The notes under the pieces were generated by a model. The model searched no databases, had not been told where the DNA came from, and saw only the letters and a list, made by a program, of their open reading frames with translations. Positions 8,515 through 20,501 of a stretch of DNA of 64,000 bases are shown one piece after another. The stretch is from a virus (lineage: Duplodnaviria; Heunggongvirae; Uroviricota; Caudoviricetes), in the IMG/VR virus record IMGVR_UViG_3300021400_002728, positions 229,154-293,153 of that record. One strand, given 5' to 3'. Positions within the stretch are counted from its first letter, which is position 1. Each line of letters begins with the position of its first letter. Both the position numbers and the translations under genes were made by a program.

Positions 8515-9039
8515 TTAATTTACCCAAATATTATCAAACAACTGACTAGTATCAACTTCTGTGTCAATTGCAAAATCTACATATACGGGTACATGTTTAT
8601 TATTAATAGGACTGATTCTCATGTAAAGAGATCCATCCTTATAGATAAGCTCTTCATTAATTGGATATTTGATCTGCTTAAGAATGTCATTAAGCTCCTT
8701 AATGTATATAACTAGCTGTTCTTCTAAGAAGCGAATAAACTGAGCGTCTTCAGCTAATCCATCATACCAATCATCTTCATTAAAATTATCTCTAGAGTCA
8801 TTGATTTTTACACGAATTTCAAACTTACCATCCCTATCATCCAGCGGCTGATCTATATACAAAATAATTTTAAGATCACCAAACTTATTTGACTTATAGT
8901 TAAGTTTCTTTTCTAGATCATTAGTAAGCTTATATATGGTATCATTAAGGTATTCAATATATTCGTCCCAATTATCAATGTCACTTGTATCTGTTGATAA
9001 TATAGTAGCAAACTTAACCTCAGATCTAATTTCGTGCAT
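8515..9039 (-). CDS. Hypothetical protein
   Basis: ORF with SD GGAGG downstream of a promoter. Confidence 0.7.
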   Translation of the reverse strand: MHEIRSEVKFATILSTDTSDIDNWDEYIEYLNDTIYKLTNDLEKKLNYKSNKFGDLKIILYIDQPLDDRDGKFEIRVKINDSRDNFNEDDWYDGLAEDAQFIRFLEEQLVIYIKELNDILKQIKYPINEELIYKDGSLYMRISPINNKHVPVYVDFAIDTEVDTSQLFDNIWVN

Positions 9040-9066
9040 AAAATCATACCTCCGTCATTTTTATTT

Positions 9067-9095
9067 ATTATAACATGACTAAATTAATTTGTAAA
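9067..9095 (-). promoter_or_regulatory. Sigma-A-type promoter
   Basis: CTA-TTTACA, 17 nt spacer, TG-n-TATAAT. Confidence 0.75.
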
Positions 9096-9320
9096 TAGTT
9101 TATTATACAGTCTTTTAACTGCATCGATATCCAATCTACCAAAATCTAAGTCTCCGTATTCTTCATCTCCAATATTATTCGCAGCTACAATAAGTTTCAT
9201 GCACACCTCACGTCCACATGCTTTCATTGTTCCATCTTCATTAAATACATCATTGTAAGCTGCTTCAAATAGCGCTAAATTTAATTCTGTTTGATTCATT
9301 TTTCTAACTTCCTTTCTAAT

Positions 9321-9358
9321 AAAAAATTTGTGGCTACAGCTATAAAAACCGTAGCCAC
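9321..9358 (-). terminator. Intrinsic terminator after the free-standing Hint gene
   Basis: GUGGCUAC/GUAGCCAC stem and U tract. Confidence 0.7.
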
Positions 9359-9379
9359 GGTTTATAACACAAAAACCTC

Positions 9380-9736
9380 TTATTGCGTATATATAGCAAA
9401 TTGATGATCTGGTGCATCAGTGGTTATACACATTACAACTTCAGGATCTATCTTCTTAATAGATTTGATGATAGGTCCATCTTTAGTTCCAACGGGTCGT
9501 CCTTTATACCAGTCAAACTCTTGGTAAATGCCTTCAGCATCTATCGTATACATTTTATCATTTATGTATACGTTCCATTGATGTACATTAGAACATTTAA
9601 CTTTTCCATTGCTAAAAGTTATTTCATACATATTGTAGGATAACTTAGCTTTAGTCTTTTCAATGACTTTGTGAAATTCGCCATCAGTTCCTAAGACTAA
9701 ATCACCTACTTGAACATCTGCGATAGTCTTCTTCAT
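9380..9736 (-). CDS. Free-standing Hint (intein) core lacking both termini; class-3-like
   Basis: KTIADVQVGDLVLGTDG (post-block A), YEITFSNG..KCSNVHQW (block B with HxW) and VVMCITTDAPDHQF (block F with Cys). No block A strand and no terminal HN. Has its own SD and terminator. Confidence 0.85.
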   Translation of the reverse strand: MKKTIADVQVGDLVLGTDGEFHKVIEKTKAKLSYNMYEITFSNGKVKCSNVHQWNVYINDKMYTIDAEGIYQEFDWYKGRPVGTKDGPIIKSIKKIDPEVVMCITTDAPDHQFAIYTQ

Positions 9737-9763
9737 TGAATAATTTCCTTTCCTTAAAATACA

Positions 9764-10135
9764 TTATTTATCTGAGATCTGAGATACTACTTCAGCGGGT
9801 ACAATATGATTTAATAGAAGATTAAGATCAACCATTACATCAACTAAGTATTCAATCTCATTAGGATCATAAAATTTATTAAATCTAATAGTATCGGTTA
9901 AAATTCTGATTTTATTAAGAAATACCTCTACATCGAGTCTATTTAGATATTGTTCTATCTTATCTACTAATTTTTCATCATTATACTTTAATAATTCTTG
10001 TATCAATAATTGAGTAAGATAATCATTTTTATCTAATACTCTTTTTATATAAATAGTTATTTCTTCTTCTAAATTGTTATAATTGAATTTTAACGCTTCC
10101 ATTGGATATAATTTGAGGGGTATAACAATTTTCAT
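9764..10135 (-). CDS. Hypothetical protein
   Basis: ORF track. Confidence 0.65.
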   Translation of the reverse strand: MKIVIPLKLYPMEALKFNYNNLEEEITIYIKRVLDKNDYLTQLLIQELLKYNDEKLVDKIEQYLNRLDVEVFLNKIRILTDTIRFNKFYDPNEIEYLVDVMVDLNLLLNHIVPAEVVSQISDK

Positions 10136-10145
10136 AGTAAATTCC

Positions 10146-10454
10146 TTATTCAGCTATCTCACCTGTTATAAATACAAATTTGTCTTCTGAAATATAAGCA
10201 GTTCCAATTGATTCGACTTCATCATCTTCTACATCAAATATAGATGGTTTGTTGTTTTTAGCCATTACATCTGCAATATCGTCCCAGTCAAAGATTTCAT
10301 ATTTCTGTCCCGGATTCAAACTTTCATTTTCTTTAAGTCTTATATTGTATTCAGGACGTCCTATTGTCTCGAATGCTTTACTAACTGAATCGTAACTATT
10401 ATCTGCAACTTCAACTACACTAGTAATATATTTGGTTTCAATTACAAGCAACAT
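10146..10454 (-). CDS. Hypothetical protein
   Basis: ORF with SD GAGGA. Confidence 0.65.
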   Translation of the reverse strand: MLLVIETKYITSVVEVADNSYDSVSKAFETIGRPEYNIRLKENESLNPGQKYEIFDWDDIADVMAKNNKPSIFDVEDDEVESIGTAYISEDKFVFITGEIAE

Positions 10455-10599
10455 GATATTATCCTCCTCTATTCATTATAAATGTCATCTTCATCATAAG
10501 ACTCATCATCTTCGTCAAACCAATATGGTTTGATCTTCCATTTTGTTTTATCAACTAAAGTAAATGCTAGTTTCATATTTAACCTCATTATATTCTTTA

Positions 10600-12918
10600 T
10601 TATGCATCGAATAATTTAGATAATATATTATTAGGTTGTATATATGTTTTTACAAAATCTTTGCAATCATCTTCAGTCATAGACTCTCCAGAAAATACAA
10701 ATGTTCCAGCACCTATAGTTATTTTATCTATATTATACTTATTGACTAAATCAACTAAAATATCAGATGTAAATGGTTTCTCTTCATTAGCCCAACTTTT
10801 TTCATAACTAGCATTATATCCATATCTATAACATGCTCTAAAAATTTTTGTTGGTTTTGGTTCATTATCATTATTCTCATAAATTTCTACATCAAAACCA
10901 TCTGCACTAATTCCAGATTCTGTTCGTATGAAAAGTATATTATTAAATTTTATATTTTTAGCTTCAATTTGTTTACGAATATCAGCTGGACAATTAGGAT
11001 TTTTTGCAATATAATTATAATAAGATTCATCACAAATATTATATATATTCGTAAGTAACTCGCTATCAATTCTATCACTGCTAATAACCTCTTTAATTTT
11101 AGTAGCAATTTTTAATAGTGTTTGTACTGGACAATTAGGATTAGACGCTACTGCTGATTGTACTGTAGAATCTTCATCTTCGGCTAATTCATTAAGAATA
11201 GTAGCTGGACACAATTTATGACTAGCTGCAAAAGCTCTAAGGGACCAATGTTTACATTTAGATAGCTGACTAATATTATCTTCAGTTAATTCTTTATTTT
11301 TAAGTGATTCTATAATGTTATTAGCATAATTAACCCTCTCACAATCTATAGCATGGTCTATTAGAAATTCTAAAGAGCAATTGGGTAAACTAAATAAATA
11401 TTCTTGTATTTTATAATTGCTTAGATCATATAATTGCTTAATTTGCTCAGTAGTTAAATCTAAAGCTTTTAATTTATCAAGTATAACTTTACATGTAAAA
11501 TCTTGTATACCATAAGGTGTATTGTTTAATACTGTACATATTGTAGTAACTGTACAATTTTTATGATTTATTACTGCTTCAAGTATATCAAATGCAAACT
11601 TATCTCCAATTTTATATAAGATTGATTTGTTAGTTAATTGTGCAAAATTTTGTTCTGTTAAACTCATTTTAGCTAACTTTTTTAATGCTTCTTTTGACCT
11701 TGTATTTTGAATTAAAAGAATTAAGTTATCTACTGAATCAATATTTTTAACTATTTTTGTTATATCATCTTCATCTACATATTCAAAATTTGATAGCGCA
11801 TATATATCTATTGTATCTTTAAATCTATTTTCTAATAATTCATATACAGTTTTATTTAGATTTATTACTTTAGGTACTACTTCAACAGGAAAATTTTTAT
11901 GATTTATAATATATGATAATCTACGTTCATCATCTAAATTTTTTTGTATAAATATTTCAAATATTTCTGAAGTACAATTGTCTAAATCAAGTATAAAACT
12001 GCCATTATAAGTTTCACATATATCTGTCTCTTGTACTAAACGCATTAACTGTTGTGTAGTTAAATTACGCTTTTTTAAACCCTCTATTACCTCATTTTCA
12101 TGCATATATGAAACAAGACGTGACATAGAAACATTAATTATAGTATCAAGTGAACAATTTTTATGCGCTAATATTTGTTCTTTAATTCTAATATCATCAT
12201 TAAGTAATAAATTATCAATAAATTCAGATGTTATAACATCAGGAAAACGTTCATTAAGTTCATTCCAAGCATTTGTTGGATTTTTTACCCAAGATATATT
12301 ATTTATATAATTTACTAAAGTATTTACAGTTACTAACTTATGTTTTATTACTTTATCACAAATTTCGTCGTTATCACCAGTTTGTGCTGAAATATGCTCT
12401 AATACAGCTGAAGTACAATTTTTATGCTCTACTGCAAATAAACAGCTAGCCTTAGAATAATTAGTTATTTGTAGTATAGATAATAGTTGTTCTTCATTTA
12501 AGTCGTGTTTTAGTAAAACATCAAAAATTTGTTGACGAAGTCTATAGGATTTTTTCATAATATCAATAGCAATATTAGTTGAACAAAGTTTATTTTGAAC
12601 AATTGCTAATAAAATTGTTTCGTCTTTATCTGTATTATTTGATATTTTATTTAATATTTCCAGTGTACATGACTTGTGATTAACTACTAAAAGTTTATTT
12701 GAATCTAATTTTGATTCTGCTAATTCTTCTAATATATTTGATATATCATAAGTAGTAAAATCGGCATTATCAATAATATATTTTCTATTATCTTTAGTTA
12801 AATTAGGATTATCAAATAGGGTTAACAATAATTCATTATTAGAAAAATCTAATATCATTTGAATAGTACTAGTATTATTTGTAGTTTTAGCTAGTTGTAA
12901 AATTTCTTCTTTAGTCAT
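10600..12918 (-). CDS. Helical repeat protein (LRV/HEAT-like)
   Basis: Recurrent (H/N)(K/P)NC(T/S/P)xxxL units, e.g. AVASNPNCPVQTL and IAKNPNCPADI. Confidence 0.7.
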   Translation of the reverse strand: MTKEEILQLAKTTNNTSTIQMILDFSNNELLLTLFDNPNLTKDNRKYIIDNADFTTYDISNILEELAESKLDSNKLLVVNHKSCTLEILNKISNNTDKDETILLAIVQNKLCSTNIAIDIMKKSYRLRQQIFDVLLKHDLNEEQLLSILQITNYSKASCLFAVEHKNCTSAVLEHISAQTGDNDEICDKVIKHKLVTVNTLVNYINNISWVKNPTNAWNELNERFPDVITSEFIDNLLLNDDIRIKEQILAHKNCSLDTIINVSMSRLVSYMHENEVIEGLKKRNLTTQQLMRLVQETDICETYNGSFILDLDNCTSEIFEIFIQKNLDDERRLSYIINHKNFPVEVVPKVINLNKTVYELLENRFKDTIDIYALSNFEYVDEDDITKIVKNIDSVDNLILLIQNTRSKEALKKLAKMSLTEQNFAQLTNKSILYKIGDKFAFDILEAVINHKNCTVTTICTVLNNTPYGIQDFTCKVILDKLKALDLTTEQIKQLYDLSNYKIQEYLFSLPNCSLEFLIDHAIDCERVNYANNIIESLKNKELTEDNISQLSKCKHWSLRAFAASHKLCPATILNELAEDEDSTVQSAVASNPNCPVQTLLKIATKIKEVISSDRIDSELLTNIYNICDESYYNYIAKNPNCPADIRKQIEAKNIKFNNILFIRTESGISADGFDVEIYENNDNEPKPTKIFRACYRYGYNASYEKSWANEEKPFTSDILVDLVNKYNIDKITIGAGTFVFSGESMTEDDCKDFVKTYIQPNNILSKLFDA

Positions 12919-12949
12919 GATTAATTTCTCCCTTTATCATCATCTATAC

Positions 12950-13240
12950 TTATTTCTCCAAATACTGTAATAGTGTATCGCATTCAGTAAGATAATGACC
13001 TATATAATCTGGATCATCTTTATCAATTTTACTCATGAGTTCTGACTTAATATTATTTAGCCAATCTCTAATCCAAGAATCATTATGATTAACGAGATCA
13101 GCTTCAATACTTCTAGCATTCTGTTCTAATACTTCGTCATCATCTCCGCCGTTATCAAGAAAATCATAAGTATCAAAAGCTTCAGCTAATTTGATAAGTC
13201 TTTGAGCAAAATCACTATTATTTGCAAGAGTATCGCTCAT
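12950..13240 (-). CDS. Hypothetical protein
   Basis: ORF with SD. Confidence 0.65.
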   Translation of the reverse strand: MSDTLANNSDFAQRLIKLAEAFDTYDFLDNGGDDDEVLEQNARSIEADLVNHNDSWIRDWLNNIKSELMSKIDKDDPDYIGHYLTECDTLLQYLEK

Positions 13241-13263
13241 AATAATATCTCCTTCTTAACTAT

Positions 13264-13809
13264 CTACATTATATGTTTTATTCCTACCTTCTTATTAAGC
13301 TCATCTAATAAATCTTCTATACAAGGTATAATTTTATCTAATGGCTCATCATTTTTATATTTTTTATAATTATAATCGTGATAGCCATCTCCAAATGCAG
13401 CTTTCTTAAATGAATACTCAGCATAATTATCACTACAAGATGTCCCATCACCCTTTGAAACCCTTGGAAAATAAAAAGAATAATTTATATTAAGCTTATT
13501 AAAACCATATAAATCTTTTGGATCTTTTTCATCGTCAGGTTCAACATCAAATGAAAAAGTTAATCCTTCATAACTATCATAAGATATTTCATTTATAGTT
13601 ATTTTTAGATAAAACTGTCTATCACCATCAGTCTCATGTTTAGTAGGATAATATAAAAATTTATCTGATAAGTGTTTATCGCATAGTTTACATAGAAAAT
13701 CATCAAACTTATCATCATTATACCAAAATTTTTCAATATCTTCAGTGTAAACATATTCATTCTTATATTCAATGAAATAAAATTCATCTCCATCTTCTAG
13801 GTCATACAT
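13264..13809 (-). CDS. Hypothetical protein
   Basis: ORF with SD AAGGAGGT after a promoter. Confidence 0.7.
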   Translation of the reverse strand: MYDLEDGDEFYFIEYKNEYVYTEDIEKFWYNDDKFDDFLCKLCDKHLSDKFLYYPTKHETDGDRQFYLKITINEISYDSYEGLTFSFDVEPDDEKDPKDLYGFNKLNINYSFYFPRVSKGDGTSCSDNYAEYSFKKAAFGDGYHDYNYKKYKNDEPLDKIIPCIEDLLDELNKKVGIKHIM

Positions 13810-13831
13810 ATAATTACCTCCTTAACTACTA

Positions 13832-13860
13832 AGTATATCAATAAAATTGCCTATAGTAAA
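13832..13860 (-). promoter_or_regulatory. Sigma-A-type promoter
   Basis: TTTACT, 17 nt spacer, TG-n-TATACT. Confidence 0.6.
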
Positions 13861-13865
13861 TTGTC

Positions 13866-16363
13866 TTAATGATTAGGATTATTTACAATAGCAACTAATT
13901 TATTATTGATAATTCTAATATTCTTTACTTCAGTGTTATAATTAGCACGAAGAAAATTAGGTTTAGCTTCATCACTAATCTCACGATCCATATTCATATT
14001 GTAATCAAACCAACTAATAACAAGCTGATCTAAGTTAGCCATTTTATCTGCAAGTTCACCTATAACCATTTTAATGTCCTCCCTTTTAATATACAAAATT
14101 TTCATTAATTTGTACATTAAGAACTTGTAATATATCTGGATTATTAGAACTAATACAAGTTCTTATTGCTTGTTTAATTTTATCAGTAGTAATTGCTGGT
14201 GGTAACATTTCAGTAGGAATACATTCATGAAACTTATCTTCAAACTGTTGTTCAAGATTATCGTATTCAGGATCAGTAGACTGAATTGGTATATCAGCAA
14301 TTTTATTCATATATTCTTCTACACTCATTTTCAATTCCCATTTATCAATCTTCTAATAAATTCTGTTTTCTTAAATATTCTTCAAACTCTTGTTTATTAT
14401 CAAATGTATCTTTATTATTACTAAAGTACAACTCATTAAAAGATTTGATAATAGAATCTAAAGTTTTGCTATTTATAGTAATTTCATTGCCATTTACTAC
14501 TAAAGTGGAAACACTTAAGATAAAATCTACTAAATCATTAACTGAAGTGAGACCATACTCTTCATCAGGATAGATCTTAAATTCATCTGATGATGCACCA
14601 TCTTCATCACTTTCATCTAATACACCTTCAAAATTTGGAAATTCTATATCAAATGGAGTATTAAGAATAGTAACATAAAAAGTAGTAACACCACCCATAG
14701 AATTATAATATTTTATATCACTTATTTTAAAGTTAACTCTGTCTTGTAGTTTATTTTTAAGCTCTTCTAAGACATTCATAATTATTCTCCTTATCTATTT
14801 CTACTTGCAGTGTATCTACCACATTCAAATTCTGTTCTAATATAATCACTAGAATCCAAGACTATATCTTCACTATCATATTGTTTCTGTACAATATCAA
14901 TTGCTTGATATTCATTTTCTGCCTCAGCTTCATCAATAAGAACTTCTCTTTCAAGAATTTCTCTAACAATTACTTTGTATTTCATATGTTACCTCCTTTG
15001 AATTTACCATCTAAAAAATCCTGTTCAATTTGATCTAACTTTTTAAGTAAGTCTTCGTCTACTGTAGGTGTGTAGTTAACTAGCTGCACTATTATGGCCA
15101 GAATATCGTCTTCGACTTCCTCAGCAGTCCATACATGACCTGAACATTGATATTTTTCATTTGTAATAAGCGAATCTAATTCATGTTGACCGAAATAACG
15201 TCTATAACTGTTTGTATCAACTGCGTCCATAGGATAGTAACCACAATCAAATCCAATGATCCATTCATCATCAGCACGTTTTCCTGCAAGTTCATGACTA
15301 GCAAAATTTATTCCACCATGACAATTGATAAACTCAAATGACTCTACAGGTGCTTCAAATAAAGGATGATCTTTAGGTATAGCAATATAACCACATCTAT
15401 GACCGGCTTCAGTAAAGAAAATAAACCAATCAAAGCCTTTATGTGTACTATGTCTCTCTAACATAACAATCACTCCTTATAAATCTAATGAATGTACATA
15501 TACACTATAATATGGAGTATTCTCAAGTTTAGTATCTACAAGTTTACATACTTTACCATCTACTCTAATAGTACCATTACAGTTACCATAAGCCACTAAA
15601 GTCTCATTAGAGAATGGACAATAATCTTCAAACTTAGTAGGTTTAGTAATAATAGGTCTTCCATTATTATGTCTACAAAGTTCATCAATTCTATTACCTA
15701 AAAGAATACATACATCATCGCAAAGAGCCTTAAAGTCTCTTCGATTACAATCAAACTCTGCAGCATTCTCAGACAGCCATCCAAAATCATATTGTTTTTC
15801 TGTTAAAAACTTTATACTGGCTATACAAGTATCAAACTCTTCTTTTTCATCAACATATGACTTAGACGTAGCATTTAAGTAATGTTGAAATAATTCAAAC
15901 GAAGTATCATCATAACTACTAAGTTTTGTAAGTAGAACTGCTTTATCCATATAATCCTCCTTATATAAACAATATGTCTAGCCTATTTCTAGACTAGACA
16001 TTTTTCTCTTCCACTATTATAATTAAATAGTCATTGGTTGTATTTTCCTAAAGGTCGACTAACTACATTATCAATCTCAGGTAATCTAGTTATATTAGGT
16101 AAATATTTCTCACTAGTGACATAAAATTTAAGATCAGGAAATGCTCGTTCACATTTCTCGCAATAATCAGCATATTCATCATATGTATCTAACTCAATTC
16201 CTTTTTCAAGTAATGGACTCACATTAAGTTCACCATTCTCTAACCACCTAACAATTTCACAATCATTAGTATTAGGATCTGTACAGATAATATACATCTT
16301 ATGATCTAATCGTCTCTGTTCAAATGGTTTATCTGATTCACTATTATGTCTCCAGCTAAACAT
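13866..16363 (-). other. Run of small hypothetical genes (13866..14117, 14086..14334, 14345..14779, 14791..14985, 14982..15473, 15477..15950, 16031..16363)
   Basis: Abutting or overlapping ORFs with SD sequences; no assignable function. Confidence 0.65.
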
Positions 16364-16364
16364 A

Positions 16365-17132
16365 TTATTCTACCTCGTATCTACCATAACCTGCAACATG
16401 TGCATATTTATAATCATCACTAATTACAATTCCATATGCCTTACCTTTAGCGTGTACAATTTTACCATCTCCAAGATAAATTGCTACATGCCCAATATCA
16501 TTTACATTAGGACCATAAAAGATTAAATCACCTTTTTGTAATTCATCTTCTGAAATATGTGTAGCAGCGAAATATTGGCAATCAGCTGTTCTAGGAATTT
16601 CAATTCCATATTCTCCATAAAGTGTTTGAATAAACCCTGAACAATCTGCACCTTTAGTAAGAGATGTACCACCCCATACATAAGGATTTCCAACAAATTC
16701 ACAAGCATAATCAGCAATTTGTTCTTGGACTGTAAGTTTGTTAGGTATCAAATCAACAGAAGGTTGTAAATAGATATTAGAGGATCCATTATGCATTTCT
16801 TTGGTATAGCCAAATTCTTTAGATTCTAATGCTATTACTTCACCTTCTTCTACATGTTGGTTATTGATTACCTTAACTTCATCCAGTTTTGAGTATGTTG
16901 AAACAATTGGTGCATTGTCATAAGTAATTGTAACTACTCCTTGATTACTTACAGACACCGTACCATTTGCATCAGCTAATACCTCAGTACCTTCTTCGCT
17001 ACATTCAATCGTTATTAAGTTGTCCGTCTCTGCCGCATAGACAGTCATTGGCATCATCATAGTAGTAGTAGCGAGTCCAATGGTGGCCAATGTCGTAACT
17101 ATCTTCTTCAATAGTTCATAATTTCCTTTCAA
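16365..17132 (-). CDS. Secreted NlpC/P60 cell-wall peptidase
   Basis: Signal peptide; GNPYVWGG...GADCSGF, GDLIFY and HVAIYLGDGKIVHA. Confidence 0.92.
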   Translation of the reverse strand: MKGNYELLKKIVTTLATIGLATTTMMMPMTVYAAETDNLITIECSEEGTEVLADANGTVSVSNQGVVTITYDNAPIVSTYSKLDEVKVINNQHVEEGEVIALESKEFGYTKEMHNGSSNIYLQPSVDLIPNKLTVQEQIADYACEFVGNPYVWGGTSLTKGADCSGFIQTLYGEYGIEIPRTADCQYFAATHISEDELQKGDLIFYGPNVNDIGHVAIYLGDGKIVHAKGKAYGIVISDDYKYAHVAGYGRYEVE

Positions 17133-17201
17133 ATTTATTTCTTAACTTACAATAAAACAGTCCCCAGAAATAACTCTAGGGACTGTATGTAAGATTAAGT
17201 T

Positions 17202-20200
17202 TTATCGAAAATTCTTAAGGTACTCAGTAGCATTTGAAGAAGTAATGTAGTTGATAAGTCCTTTATAGAATCCTTCGAGTTCAGATTCATCAACTTCAAT
17301 TTCACTACACTTTTTATTATCAATCTTATAGATCATTTTTTCTACTTTGCCAACTTCAGGTGCCTTAGGAATACCGAGCTCAGAATATATCTTAGCTTTA
17401 ACTCCTTTATGAACAGCAGCAAATTTTTCTCTAGAATATAATGGCTCTTCCATAGGAAGCTGGTTGTAGTAAATACCAGTAGACTTATACTTAGCATATA
17501 ACTGTCTAGCAGCATTATAAACCTGAATAGTACTAATAAGATTAGGTGTAATGAATGGTGTATAACTAGCAAAGAATCTAGCTTCACCAGGTCCGCCTAA
17601 TCTAACTCTTTTACCTTTGCTCATAAATTCATCAGGATGTTCTTCTTTGTACTCTTTCCATCTCTTACTAAATTCTAACAACTCGTCTGCATACTTAGCA
17701 TCAAGCTTTTTGTAAGTCTCATTCTCTGTCCAAATATCTTTAACTTCCTGAACAGATTCAGAGTGATACATCTTATCTTCGTCAAGCAAGAAGATTCTCT
17801 GTTTGAAATAATCTTCTGCATCTCTTGCGATATTACGAATCATAAGAGGTGTAAGTGAGTAGGTACCGTCTCCATTATCCTTAAAATAGTTAGGACTAAT
17901 GAATTTTCCGGTGAGTGTCATAGGCTGATAAAGTTGTTCAATAATTTTGCCCATAGTTTTGTTCTCCTTTGAGATAAATAATTTATTTATAAGGCAGTCA
18001 GAGCCTTATATGCAATTTAAAGATCTAATATTTTTGGTACAGTCATATTACAAAATTCAAAAGTCATATAACTAATTTCCCAATTTCTTTCATCACTAGG
18101 AAGAGAATCATTTTTACTTAAATCTGAATACTTATTTCCAGATACACCATATAAATAATATTTTTGATCTGGGTCTAAACTTGGTGTGAATGTAAAAGCT
18201 TCTCTATTAATAACACCTATTACAAGGTCTTTAGAATCTACAATTAAAAGTGTTTCACATCCATATTTATCTGCAAACCAAGCTAAAGCTTTTGCTAGTT
18301 CAGGTGCTTCTCTAAACTCAAAGATTCTATTTCCTTGAATTATACCAATCATCTGATTTACCTCCTTAACTAAACAAAATGATTAGCCTACAAGCTGTAC
18401 ACTAATCATTTTGCTCATCCTCTCTTATATAAATAAATAGCTCTTTATTTATTCTCTACTTCATATTCTGTCTGAAGAATTGAAATAGATATTTCACTAC
18501 CTTTTAAGATTTCATCACTAGTACGCATAAACTTCTGTTCTGCTCTAGCTTTAATTACATCTACTCCGACTGGATCCTGTTTATTTACATTAATAGGATT
18601 AACTTCTAGTACATCTACACCATTTACTGCAAATGACCTATTATTTAGCTGCTCTACAGATGCATTTCCAGTCTGCATAGCCTTAATAAACGAGTCAGTA
18701 CTAAATGACAATATTCCATGAATTACTGCTATAATTTCGTAAGTACCAAGATAAGTTTCCTCAATATGAGCAATTTTACCTTTTGATACATAATGAATAT
18801 CTAGATCAATAGATGTAATTGCACCATTCATGTCAAGCTTAGTAGGTATTACATTTATTCCATATGTACCATTAGTATCTGCGCCTTTAATATCAGAAAA
18901 TTCGATACTAGCAGTAGTCTTTTCTTTCACATTAGCTTTCTTTTCATTCTTAGCCATAACTTTACTCCTTCATAATCTGATCAATTAACTTATCTACATC
19001 TGGTTCTTCAAACTGAATTACCATTTCTTTTACTTCTGGAACATCTAAAAACTTATCAGTACTAAAATCATATATAGCAATATATAATTTACTGTTATGT
19101 ACATCAGAAGTATTTGTACTTTCTTCAAAATACTTAACTTTACTCTGTAAAGCATTAACAGCACTAATATATTTATCTACACACTGTTTGATAAAGTTTC
19201 TAAATTGACTATCAGATTCAAATAACTTAGCTAAGTCACTAACAGGAATATTATTATAATCAGAATCATATGCTTCTGCATTTAATGTAAAAGTTCTAGA
19301 ATGCTCTGATAGCCTACCTATATATATAAATAGTTCATATCCAGAGTCACCTACAGTAAATTGATGATCTACTGAGTCATTTCGAATATTTTTGATAATA
19401 GTATCAATGTCCATAAATACATAACCACTAACTGAATTTAAGTTAGATCGTATAGGTATTCGTTTTCTATATTCATGCATAATAATATCTCCTTAATCCA
19501 TTTTAGGCCATGCATCAATAACACATTCGTCTCTTAATTTCTTACAAATGTCTTCAGTTGTTTGTAAACAATTGGTAGATTCATCTTGAACATTTTTAAT
19601 TATGTTTATTGCATGACGTATTTGTTCTTGAATATACTTATCATTAGGATCATACATAGTATCACCACCTTAAATTCTATCAGCGTCTTTAGCTGATTTA
19701 TAAGCTGCAGATACTGACCTTTCAGACACTCTAAAATAAAAAGTTCCATCAGGCATATCACATTCTGCAATAAGGCATGTTTTATCTTGACTAGCACCTA
19801 AAAAATGTGGTCTAAATTCAGGATATACTTTTAAAAATGATTTCTTACATTCTTCTACTATACTTTCATCTACATATTGTTCTAAGTCCCACATAGTAAT
19901 ACCTCCTTAATCTAATGATCCATAACAGCCATCTTTAATAGATCCATCACTATATAAAGTTCTATCATATGCACCAGTTCCACTTCCATATGCTGCATTA
20001 TATTCATATGAATCTACAGCTACTACTTCACCTGCTCTGAACTTAGCAATAGTTTTATCTCTATGTTCTTTAGCTTGATCTGTCCAGAAGTTATTAGGTC
20101 CCCACTGTTCTTCAGTAAGCTGTACATGTCTATCTAAAAACATTCTAACTTCTGATTCAGTTAACTGACGACCTTCATATATTTCATATTTGTATTTAGC

Positions 20201-20491
20201 CTGTTCAGCTTCAAATTCATCTCTAGCAATCTGTTGTAATTCTTTTAATCTATTAAACTCTTTTAAAGTTAATGAACAGTAAGGTTCACTTAAAGCATAA
20301 TCGCTTAAATAATAATTGATGAACTTATGTTTATGACCAGCATCTGACCAACCATAAGTCTTTTTCTCAGCAAATTTAAGAAGTTCAGAATCAGATGTAA
20401 TTTCTTCGAATCCTCTTGCTTTGAAAATATATTCATCTCTTGAATATACAGCCTTGCCATTTACATAGCCATATACATTTGTTTCATCCAT
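17202..20491 (-). other. Hypothetical genes (17202..17954, 18017..18352, 18445..18957, 18962..19480, 19670..19894, 19907..20491)
   Basis: ORFs with SD sequences, several separated by hairpin terminators. Confidence 0.65.
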
Positions 20492-20501
20492 AGTGACCTC
20501 C

